Assembly (NCBI GenBank): GCA_003445975.1
Contig: DMBV01000051.1
Span: 1 to 48,021, forward strand
Direction of reading: 5' to 3'
Source: Bacteroidales bacterium
Lineage (GTDB): Bacteria > Bacteroidota > Bacteroidia > Bacteroidales > UBA12170
DNA: 48,021 nt
The notes below the pieces were generated by a model that was not told where the DNA came from, searched no databases, and was given only the letters and a program-made list of their open reading frames with translations. Positions 17,226 through 26,400 of this stretch are shown in pieces. The translations under genes and the position numbers were made by a program. The number at the start of each line of letters is the position of its first letter. The first letter of the stretch is position 1.

Positions 17226-19208
17226 ATGAAAAGACTATTTTTAATATACAATATTCTTTTCTTCACTTTGGGTGTTGTGGCGCAAAATTACACTGATCAG
17301 ACGGCTTTTTGGAAATTGACTTCTTTTGATGGTGAGTTTAATTTGAAAGGAGTTTATTTGGATCAGAAAATAAAACGAAATGCATTTGAGGAACGAATTA
17401 CAAGGAAATTTTTAACAGGTGGGCTGTTTTTCAATACCACCAGCTATGTTTGGCATCCAAATTTCTTGGCATTGAAACTTGATGGCGGATACAGCCCGGA
17501 AACAGGGCAGGAGCTTTCTTTGGTCGCTCCCGATCGTTCGGAGGTGAATACTTTGAAGAAATTAAATGCATCCATTCTGCTTTTTCAACACAACAAAATG
17601 AATGTAATGGCTTTTACAAATCTTTATGAAGGCTTTAGCAATCGGGAAAATCTAACGAATCTAAAAACAAAAACCTTTGATTGGGGAGGTGTGTATGCGT
17701 ATAACAATAAATATTTACCCTTTTCCATTTCTTATATTCAAAGGCGAAATGATCAATCAGAATTGGCCAATAATAGAAGTTATAGAATAGGAAGTTCGAA
17801 TATTTTGGCAAGTACGAGTAAGTCGTTTGGTTTTAATGACAACCATCTGTTTACAATTTCTCAAAACAGCTATTCTTATGACGACAATCTTGTGCCTACC
17901 GAAAATGAAACAGCAGCCAATCTAGTTGAAAACAGGGTTTTAAGTTGGCAATTAAAAGATAATTTCTTTCTGGATGCTAAGAAAAAGTATCGATTTACTT
18001 CGTCCATCTCGAACGAAAATCAAAAAGGGACTTATTATGACTATCAGCGGTTTCAGTTGATGGAAAATCTTACTTTAAAGCTTCCGGCAAATTTTAATTT
18101 TTCCAGCAGTTACAACTTTTTTAATATCGAAACGAATACGGAGAGGCTCAAGCAACAATTTGTAAAGGGAGATTTGACCCATCAGCTTTATCAAAGTGTT
18201 CGGACCATTGCAACTTTTGAATACCATTTTATTCATAGTTTGCAATATCAAGAGATCAATCAGAAAGCGGGAATCGATATCAATTATGTAAAAAAAATTC
18301 CGCTAAAAGGACTTTTATCTATTTCGTATAGTTTGAGAAGCAACAATCAAAACCGCACAAGCGCCAATAAAATTCTCACTGTTCAGAATGAAGAATACGC
18401 GATTTCGGACAGCAGAATGGTATTGCTGAGCAGACAAAATATACTTTTGGAATCGGTAATAGTAAAAGATGAAACCGGAACAATTCTTTACACTTTAAAT
18501 ATCGATTATTTACTGATCGTAAGAAATGAATTAGTTGAGATACAGCGCATTCCAGGAGGCAGAATTGCAGATAACTCATTGGTATATATCGACTATACCG
18601 CTATTCAGCCCGGCTCTTATGATTACAATGCAATTCATAAAAGTCTATTTGCTAGCGTGTCGGTTTTGGATAAAAAATTCGAAATCTATTTTAGAAACTC
18701 CACTCAAGATTATATTGCTCCCCAAAGCATCAGTTTCTTAACGCTGGATTATTTTACGCAAAAAATATATGGTTGTAGGATAAATTTTGGATTTTTTACA
18801 GCCGGTGTTGAGCAAGATAATTTTGAAAGCACGATCATTCCGTATAGGCTAATCAGATACTTTTTTGTTTTGCAGGGAGATATTAAACAGAAACTGATGT
18901 ACACGCTCAATGGAACTGTACGCGATTATCAAATGATTATTCAGGAAGGAACTACGCAGCAATATTATAATTTTACGGGAGCTATTGCTTATACTATCAA
19001 TCCGAACATCCGGCTCAACATAAATGGATCCTATCTAAAACAGAGCGGTGATGGAATAGAATTGAATCTTTTTACCTCCCGAATGGAATTAAGTGCGCGG
19101 ATATTACAGCTTTATATCAAAGCCGGAATGGAGCTTTATTCAAATAGGTTTTACACCGAAAATCTTGATTATAAGAAATTTGAAATCGTGGTTTCAAGAA
19201 AATTTTAA
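17226..19208 (+). CDS. Large outer-membrane beta-barrel protein (putative porin or secretion channel of a porin-cytochrome conduit)
   Basis: 660 aa with signal peptide VVA|Q, extensive alternating aromatic/polar strands, C-terminal FEIVVSRKF and no heme motifs. It lies between two multiheme cytochrome genes. Confidence 0.72.
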   Translation: MKRLFLIYNILFFTLGVVAQNYTDQTAFWKLTSFDGEFNLKGVYLDQKIKRNAFEERITRKFLTGGLFFNTTSYVWHPNFLALKLDGGYSPETGQELSLVAPDRSEVNTLKKLNASILLFQHNKMNVMAFTNLYEGFSNRENLTNLKTKTFDWGGVYAYNNKYLPFSISYIQRRNDQSELANNRSYRIGSSNILASTSKSFGFNDNHLFTISQNSYSYDDNLVPTENETAANLVENRVLSWQLKDNFFLDAKKKYRFTSSISNENQKGTYYDYQRFQLMENLTLKLPANFNFSSSYNFFNIETNTERLKQQFVKGDLTHQLYQSVRTIATFEYHFIHSLQYQEINQKAGIDINYVKKIPLKGLLSISYSLRSNNQNRTSANKILTVQNEEYAISDSRMVLLSRQNILLESVIVKDETGTILYTLNIDYLLIVRNELVEIQRIPGGRIADNSLVYIDYTAIQPGSYDYNAIHKSLFASVSVLDKKFEIYFRNSTQDYIAPQSISFLTLDYFTQKIYGCRINFGFFTAGVEQDNFESTIIPYRLIRYFFVLQGDIKQKLMYTLNGTVRDYQMIIQEGTTQQYYNFTGAIAYTINPNIRLNINGSYLKQSGDGIELNLFTSRMELSARILQLYIKAGMELYSNRFYTENLDYKKFEIVVSRKF

Positions 19209-19236
19209 TAAAACATAACGCAATAAAATAGAGATA

Positions 19237-20310
19237 ATGAAAGCATTTAGAAAATTACAATCGAAGCCCCTTAGTTCTAGGAGGATTATTTTTGCTGTAT
19301 TGATGCCCGTATTTGCCCTTGTTTTTTTCAATACAGTTGCTTTGGGGCAAGAGCCATCTTGCAGAGATTGCCACAAAAGCATAGTGGGGAAAAGTTTTAT
19401 TCATGGGCCGGTTGATTCGGATTGCTTGTTTTGTCATGAATCGAATGGCGAACAGCATCCAAAGCCAAAAGTGAAAGGTTTTACCATTGCACAGAAAGGC
19501 GCCGATTTGTGCTATTCCTGTCATACCGAAGAACACAGTGCAAACACCAAAAATAAATTTGTACACGTCGCGTTGTCCGAAGGCACTTGTCTCGATTGTC
19601 ATGAGGTTCATAGTTCGGATGAGGCCAAATTTATTTCTACCAAGCTGCCCGAATTGTGCAATACTTGTCATTACGAGACTGAACAAGCAATAGCTAAATC
19701 GGCAGTTGTTCATTTGCCTATAAAGGATAAGGGAAGCTGCGCAAATTGCCACTCGGCGCATTCTTCAAACGAAAGTAGGCTGTTAAAAAGCAATGAAAAA
19801 ACACTTTGTTTGAGTTGTCACAATAAGGAGATTAAATCTGCCAAAAGAGAAATTGCAAATATTTCGAAGATTGTAGAGCAAGCAAAAACGCAACACGCGC
19901 CGCTAAACGATGGCTGTTCAATTTGCCACAATCCGCACGCTTCGAATTTTTCCAGTTTATTAACCATGTCTTATCCTGCGGGGAATTATGCGCCAGGAAA
20001 AGAATCGAACTACGACTTGTGTTTTGGATGTCATGATGTGGAGGCTTTGACCCAAGAAAAAACCAAATTTGCTACCCGTTTTCGGAACGGAGAAAAAAAT
20101 CTGCATTTTCTTCATGTGAACAAAGAAAAAGGGCGTTCGTGCAGGAATTGCCACAGTGTTCACGGCTCTGCGAAAGAACATCTGATTGCCGAAACGGTGG
20201 TGTTTGGGAAATGGACGATGCCATTAAACTACGTTCCTACTGAAAATGGCGGTTCGTGTTCCACGGGCTGTCATAAAGATTGGAAATACGATCGAACAAA
20301 AATCCAATAG
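19237..20310 (+). CDS. Periplasmic 11-heme cytochrome c, doubled-CxxCH family
   Basis: Signal peptide ALG|Q, ten CxxCH plus C-terminal CSTGCH, and the tail T.FRNG..NLHFLHV...KGRSCRNCH. Confidence 0.85.
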   Translation: MKAFRKLQSKPLSSRRIIFAVLMPVFALVFFNTVALGQEPSCRDCHKSIVGKSFIHGPVDSDCLFCHESNGEQHPKPKVKGFTIAQKGADLCYSCHTEEHSANTKNKFVHVALSEGTCLDCHEVHSSDEAKFISTKLPELCNTCHYETEQAIAKSAVVHLPIKDKGSCANCHSAHSSNESRLLKSNEKTLCLSCHNKEIKSAKREIANISKIVEQAKTQHAPLNDGCSICHNPHASNFSSLLTMSYPAGNYAPGKESNYDLCFGCHDVEALTQEKTKFATRFRNGEKNLHFLHVNKEKGRSCRNCHSVHGSAKEHLIAETVVFGKWTMPLNYVPTENGGSCSTGCHKDWKYDRTKIQ

Positions 20311-20424
20311 GAATCGTCGGGGCTGCAATTTCAAAACAATTTGGCTGAGGCAAAATTGGGCCTTGTCAATCGGGCGCTTTTTCAGCTTATCGTAAGCGGA
20401 ATGAAATAAGAGCACAAAAACGCA

Positions 20425-21156
20425 TTAATCTTCGATGAGTTGTGCGTTTTCTACAATTATTTTGTAAAAATAGCCGTAGCCAAAGTCTTTTTCCAAAGAT
20501 ACTTCGCCTTTCAGTACAACAATGTCGCCAACATTTAAAAGCATATTGGTGGTTAGGGTTAAATCAAATTCGCCTTGAAATTCGGTGCCATCTTGAAAAT
20601 GAACCCAATTCTTCGACATAATTTTTGAATTAAATTTTGTGACTTGTCCTTTTATGATCACCGTTTTTCCGGCATACAGATTTTTGTTTTTCAACAAGTC
20701 GGCTATGCTTATACCATTTGCTGGTGGTTTTATCGAAATTGAAAGTTTTTGATTTGTTTCTTTTGGATTCCCTTGATGTAAATCGGAAGCGGGATGTTGG
20801 AATTTAGTATTCATCAAATCTTGCTTGTTGTTACTTATTTTTTCGAGGAAAAGCACAGAAGAAAAGGTCTGGGCCAGTTCTTTGCTCTTAAAATCGGACA
20901 TTTCTGTTCCTCCTTTGTAAAAAAGAACATCTCCAATTTCGGCTTGCATACTTGGTCCTGCCACCCATTTTTGTTTATTGTTTTCGTTTACAAGTAAATA
21001 GGTATAAGAGCGAACCTGCTTTACATCCAAAACAACAACTTCGTGGATACTCGTTGCCGTTTCTTGCGCAAAACCAATTTGTTTCGATGTAAGAACAAAA
21101 AAAAGAGCAATAAAAGGAGCGCATTTTAGCAGTCTATCAAAAACGGAATTTTTCAT
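20425..21156 (-). CDS. NrfJ-like secreted protein with a C-terminal OB-fold
   Basis: Start re-called at ATG 21156 (243 aa). The YTYLLV.E....WVA.P...M.DFKSKEL..TF..VLF motif resembles NrfJ. The C-terminal KGQVTKFN..IM.KNWVH.QDGT...KDFGYGY is OB-like. Confidence 0.55.
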   Translation of the reverse strand: MKNSVFDRLLKCAPFIALFFVLTSKQIGFAQETATSIHEVVVLDVKQVRSYTYLLVNENNKQKWVAGPSMQAEIGDVLFYKGGTEMSDFKSKELAQTFSSVLFLEKISNNKQDLMNTKFQHPASDLHQGNPKETNQKLSISIKPPANGISIADLLKNKNLYAGKTVIIKGQVTKFNSKIMSKNWVHFQDGTEFQGEFDLTLTTNMLLNVGDIVVLKGEVSLEKDFGYGYFYKIIVENAQLIED

Positions 21157-21302
21157 ATTGAGCGGTATCGGGTTTTTAAAATAAAAATAAAAGTACAACA
21201 AAAGGACCAGCATCAGTGGTTTGAAGCGCAATTATTTTGAGTTTTAAAGGGATCTTAAAAAGGCTAAGATTTTTTATATTCGGATCGAACAGAAATTCGA
21301 AT

Positions 21303-22250
21303 TTAATAGTTTTCCAAAACATGAATGCTTTTACGCTTATCTTTATCCAATTGCGCTTTTAAATTTTCCAAATTTTCGAACTTCACTTCGTCGCGGATTC
21401 TATGAACAAAAAAGATGGTGAGTTTCTCTCCATACAATTCGCGCGAAAAATTAAAGATATTTACTTCTGTGGTTAATTCATGCTTTTCGAGCTTGAGCGT
21501 TGGCCGAAAGCCAATATTGGCCATTCCTTTATAGCTGTTTCCTTGGCATCGAATAAGTACGGCATAAACACCTTGCTTTGGGATAAGTTTATTTTTGTAG
21601 GTGTCTTTTACATCAATATTGGCTGTTGGAAAGCCAATAATCCGGCCAATTCTATTTCCATGAACCACAATTCCGCTGATATTATACGAATAGCCCAAAA
21701 GTGCATTGGCCTCTTCAATCATCCCATCAATCAGGAATTTTCGAATTTTTACGGAGGTGATATTGCGATTTTGAATGTCTTCCATCGGAATTTCATGCAC
21801 GCGAAAGCCGTATTTTTTTGCTAAAGAGTTCAGCTGAATAAAATTCCCTTCTCGTTCGTAACCAAAATGATGTGAAAATCCCACTACCAGCTCTTTGAGT
21901 TGAATTTTTTCTACTAGGTAAGTGCGAATAAATTCATCAGGCGTAATTTTCGAAAACGCTTCGGTAAATGGAATGACAAGCAAATAATCAATTCCTAAAC
22001 TTTCCAATAAAGCTTCTTTTTCTTGTTGAATATTTAGAAGACGAACGCTGTTCGCTTCGGTGGTAAACAAAATTTCTTCGGGCGAAGGATTGAAGGTAAT
22101 CAGAACAGTTTGTGCCGCGTTTTTTTCCGCAATATTTTTGAGCTGTTCTATCAGTTTTCGATGACCCAAATGGACTCCGTCAAAACGACCAATGGTAACT
22201 ACCGGATAATCGAGCTTTGGAAATAAATTGATGTCGTTAATAATTTTCAA
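21303..22250 (-). CDS. ribF: Bifunctional riboflavin kinase / FAD synthetase
   Basis: VTIG.FDGVHLGH, GNRIGR.IGFPTAN, GMANIGFRPT and RIRDEVKF motifs. Confidence 0.96.
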   Translation of the reverse strand: MKIINDINLFPKLDYPVVTIGRFDGVHLGHRKLIEQLKNIAEKNAAQTVLITFNPSPEEILFTTEANSVRLLNIQQEKEALLESLGIDYLLVIPFTEAFSKITPDEFIRTYLVEKIQLKELVVGFSHHFGYEREGNFIQLNSLAKKYGFRVHEIPMEDIQNRNITSVKIRKFLIDGMIEEANALLGYSYNISGIVVHGNRIGRIIGFPTANIDVKDTYKNKLIPKQGVYAVLIRCQGNSYKGMANIGFRPTLKLEKHELTTEVNIFNFSRELYGEKLTIFFVHRIRDEVKFENLENLKAQLDKDKRKSIHVLENY

Positions 22251-22282
22251 GGCGTTAATATTTTTAGTTCCAGATTCTTTTT

Positions 22283-23284
22283 TTATTCGTCTTCAATTAA
22301 GTGATGTTCAGTCAGATATTCTGCAATTTGAACGGCATTTGTAGCGGCACCTTTTCTCAGATTATCCGAAACTATCCACAGATTCAGGGTTTTGTCCTGA
22401 CTGAAATCTCGCCGGATTCGGCCAACAAATACAGCATCTTTTCCTTCGGCAAATCTTGGCATGGGATATTGAAATTGCTCCACATTGTCTTGAACAACAA
22501 TGCCCGGGAAGTTTTCCAAAAGCTCAAAAACCTTGGTGAGTTCAAATTCTTTCTTAAATTCCACATTTACACTTTCTGAATGGCCGCCAAAAACCGGAAC
22601 GCGCACCACAGTAGCGGTGATTCTCAGATTGTCGTTTGCCAATATCTTGCGTGTTTCAAAAACCAGCTTTTCTTCTTCGGTGGTATATCCATTTTCTAAA
22701 AAATCGCCTCCATGTGGAATTACGTTCAGATCGATTGGATAATGGTAAAACATTTGAGGCTCTGGGCGACAAATCCGTTCGTCCTGCATTTGCCTTACTG
22801 CTTTGGCACCGGATCCTGTAACAGATTGATAAGTTGAAACAACCAATCTGTCGATTTCATAAACGGAATGCAAAGGTGCCAACGCCATCACCATTTGAAT
22901 AGTAGAACAATTGGGATTGGCGATAATTTTGTGTTTTTTTGTCAAAATCCCGCCATTAATTTCCGGAACCACCAAAGGAATTTCTTTGTCCATTCGCCAA
23001 GCGGAGGAGTTATCAATGACAACAGTCCCTTGAGCTGCAAATTTTGGCGCCCATATTTTTGAGGTCGTTCCTCCTGCCGAAAAAATGGCAATATCAGGAG
23101 CAAGAGCCACCGCTTCGTCCAAACCAATTACTTTGTTTTCGCTTTTATTGAACATGACCGTTTTTCCAATCGAACGTTCGCTGGCAACGGCATAAAAAGC
23201 GTCTATTTTTAGCTTGCTTTTTTCCAAAACCTGAATCATAACGCTACCCACCAATCCGGTAGCTCCAACCAAAGCTATTTTCAT
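22283..23284 (-). CDS. asd: Aspartate-semialdehyde dehydrogenase
   Basis: VGATGLVG, VIDNSSAWRM, IIANPNCSTIQM, GHSES and DNLRKGAATNAVQIAE motifs. Confidence 0.97.
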   Translation of the reverse strand: MKIALVGATGLVGSVMIQVLEKSKLKIDAFYAVASERSIGKTVMFNKSENKVIGLDEAVALAPDIAIFSAGGTTSKIWAPKFAAQGTVVIDNSSAWRMDKEIPLVVPEINGGILTKKHKIIANPNCSTIQMVMALAPLHSVYEIDRLVVSTYQSVTGSGAKAVRQMQDERICRPEPQMFYHYPIDLNVIPHGGDFLENGYTTEEEKLVFETRKILANDNLRITATVVRVPVFGGHSESVNVEFKKEFELTKVFELLENFPGIVVQDNVEQFQYPMPRFAEGKDAVFVGRIRRDFSQDKTLNLWIVSDNLRKGAATNAVQIAEYLTEHHLIEDE

Positions 23285-23487
23285 TTATTTCTGTAATTTT
23301 ATGCAAAAGTAGCACATTTAGAATATCTTTAATGGCCATTCGCTTAAATCGCAATTTTTCATGTGCGTGTAATTTGTGTATATTTGTTTCATGTCTCAAT
23401 GGGACGATTTTGGCGGAATGGCGGATCAATCATTTTGCTTGTGTATGAAAATGGTTTCATGAGCATCATTACAAAATTCTATTTATT

Positions 23488-26400
23488 GTGAAAACTAGAC
23501 TTTTTCTTTTTCTCCTGTTGCCAATGATGGCATGGAGTCAGATTTTTGATAATTTTTCGGATGCTAATTTTACAGCAAATCCAATTTGGGTAGGAGAACA
23601 AAATGTATTTAAGATAAATAGCAGCTTTCAACTTCAACTCAATCAGTTGACTCCGCGCACCGACAGAGCCGACACGGCTTATTTATCCACTTTTCTTGGA
23701 CTTTCGGATAGTTTAGAGTGGTCGTTTTCAATTCGGTTGGCGTATAGTCCGTCCGACAATAACAATGCGCGTGTTTATTTGATAGCCGATGGAAGTAATT
23801 TGGAAAACGCACTAAACGGCTATTATCTGCAGTTTGGTGAAGCAGGAAGCTTAGATGCTGTTGAACTTTTTCGCCAACAAGGGACACAAATTCAATCTAT
23901 TTGTAGAGGAACAGCGGCAAAAGTAGCCGCAGCATTTGATAGCAATATCAAAGTGGTTTACAAGAAAGATGGAAGTTGGGTCGTTTGGGCCGATTGGAAC
24001 AAATCTGGCGTTTTTGTTCAAGAATGTTCCGGACAAAGCACTTCGGCCATAACAAATCCCTACTTTGGATACTTTTGTAAGTTTACAAGCTCCAATGCAA
24101 CCAAATTTTATCTGGACAATGTGCAGGTAAATTCCATTTATGTTGATTTGGTAAGCCCAATTGCGGAAAAAGTGGAGGTTGTTGCACCCAATCAATTGCG
24201 GGTGAAATTTAATGAAGCTTTGGATCCTATTTCGGCCGAAAATCGCCTAAATTACTTTGTTCAAGAAAACGAACAAAATCCCGGAACAGCGCAACTTTTG
24301 GTTGAAAGCCCTATGGAAGTAAATTTAACTTTTGAAGATGATTTTATAGCAAACAAGACCTATACTTTAGTCCTATCGGCTGTTAAGGACAAGGCTGGGA
24401 ATCAAATGGAAAGCACTTTGCTAAACTTTGTTTATGGCAAAGCCGAATTGAACGATGTAGTGTTCAATGAAGTCATGGCTGATCCAAGTCCGGTTGTGGG
24501 GCTTCCTGATATTGAATACCTCGAAATATACAACCGGGCTTCGTATAGCGTGAATTTAACCAATTGGAAGCTTAAAATTGGCGATACAGAAAAAACCTTT
24601 CCAAGCATGACGCTGAATGCCGGCGAATACCTTATTCTGTGTGGAACAACACAAGCAATCACCATGGCCGCTTATGGCAAAGTGGCTGCTTTTGCAAGTT
24701 TTCTCTTGCTCAATGCTGCACAAACCGTTGCTTTGATCGACGAAAACAATCAAACAATTGATGAACTTACATACTCGGAAACATGGTATGCCGATGCCGT
24801 AAAACTAAATGGTGGCTGGTCGTTAGAAAAAATTCAACCGGATAATATTTGTTTAATCACCGAAAACTGGAAAGCAAACGTAAGCAGCTCGGGGGGGACT
24901 CCGGGAGCTCGAAACAGTGTTTTTTCTGAAACGGTGGTTGTTCCAAAAATAAATTCTGTTTTGCTGAAAAACGATTCGGTTCTTTCTGTTTCATTTAATC
25001 AGACAATGAATCCGATTTCGCTTCTTAATGTTCAGAACTATGTAGTAAACAATGCTATCGAAAATCCATCCACTGTTCTTCTTTCTTCTGCCTTCCAAAC
25101 TTGCGAATTGCATTTTGAATCGAAATTCAGCTTAGGAATAAAATATCAACTTTTGATCAGTTCAGCACTCGAAAACTGCATCGGACAATATCTAAGCGGG
25201 GAGCTGGTTTTTTCTTTCGAGCTTCCAAAAACAGCCGAATATGGCGATGTGATTATTTCGGAAATTATGGCCGATCCAAGTCCTGTTCAAGCCTTGCCCG
25301 AAGTAGAATACATAGAATTGTACAATCGAACCAATTATCCCATTTTGCTCAATGGCTGGAGAATTGAAATGGGCGCTTCCAAATATACATTAGCCGATTA
25401 TACATTGGCTGCCAATAGCTTTGTTTTGCTTTCGCATGCGGATGCCGTTGCGAGGCTTGCTACTTTTGGAAACGTACTTGGTTTTTCTTCCTTTACTCTG
25501 GCGAATACCGGCACAGCCATCGTTCTGAAAAATCCATCAAACCAACTCATCCATTACATCAATTATTCGGATTCTTGGTATGGCGATAATCTGAAAGCGG
25601 AAGGCGGCTGGTCGCTCGAAATGATTTCGACCAACCATTTTTGTGAGCAGTCCGGCAATTGGTTGGCCTCACAGAATGCAAATGGAGGAACACCGGGAAG
25701 CACGAATAGTTTGGGCCATATTCAGGCAGATTATCAATCGCCTCAACTTCTTCAGATTGAAGTTTTAGATGAAAATACGCTTTCGCTCGTGTTTTCAAAA
25801 AGTATGGATAGTTTGGCCTTGAAAAATCCACAAAATTATTCAGCCGACAATGGATTGGGAAATCCTGCCTTTGTCGCCATTTTTGCTCCTGAATATTCAA
25901 TGGCCAAACTTAGTTTTGCTACCAATTTTGCTGAAAATAAAATTTATCAATTGGAATTGAGCAATTCCGTTGTTGGATGTTGTGGCGTAGAAATTCAGAA
26001 TCCACACAAACTCTTTGCACTGCCACAAGAGCCGGAAATCGACGACATCGTAATCAATGAAATTCTTTTTGATTCGTGGCTCGATAATGGCGAATTTATT
26101 GAACTTTTCAATCGCTCCTCCAAAGTAATTGAAAGCAAGCAGTTGCTTTTGTCTCGGATTGTTGTCAATGCGTTAGACACCACCTATTATACAGCACAAT
26201 TGAATGCCGGCCAGATATTCCCGGAAGAATATTTGGTGATTTGCAAAAACAAGGAAAGTGTTTTGCTGGAATATGCTGTCGAAAATCCTGACAATCTTTT
26301 TGCCAACGCCGCTTTTCCCTTACTTTCAAACACCGAGGGAACTATTTTGCTGAGCAAAGCCTTGAATCGTTCAAAAGTGATTGATATTTTTTCGTACAAG

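Noticed and set aside
16374-19208. Naming the pair mtrA/mtrB
   Set aside because: The cytochrome has nine hemes and a probable lipobox, and I cannot recognise MtrB-specific motifs in the barrel. It is left as a generic porin-cytochrome pair.
297-21156. Mobile genomic island or prophage
   Set aside because: No integrase, transposase, tRNA or direct repeats were seen, and signal peptides and promoters are host-type.
21303-22250. ribF as a flavin-shuttle component of the electron transfer locus
   Set aside because: It is a universal housekeeping gene, apparently co-transcribed with asd, and has no FNR-type box. Adjacency is probably coincidental.
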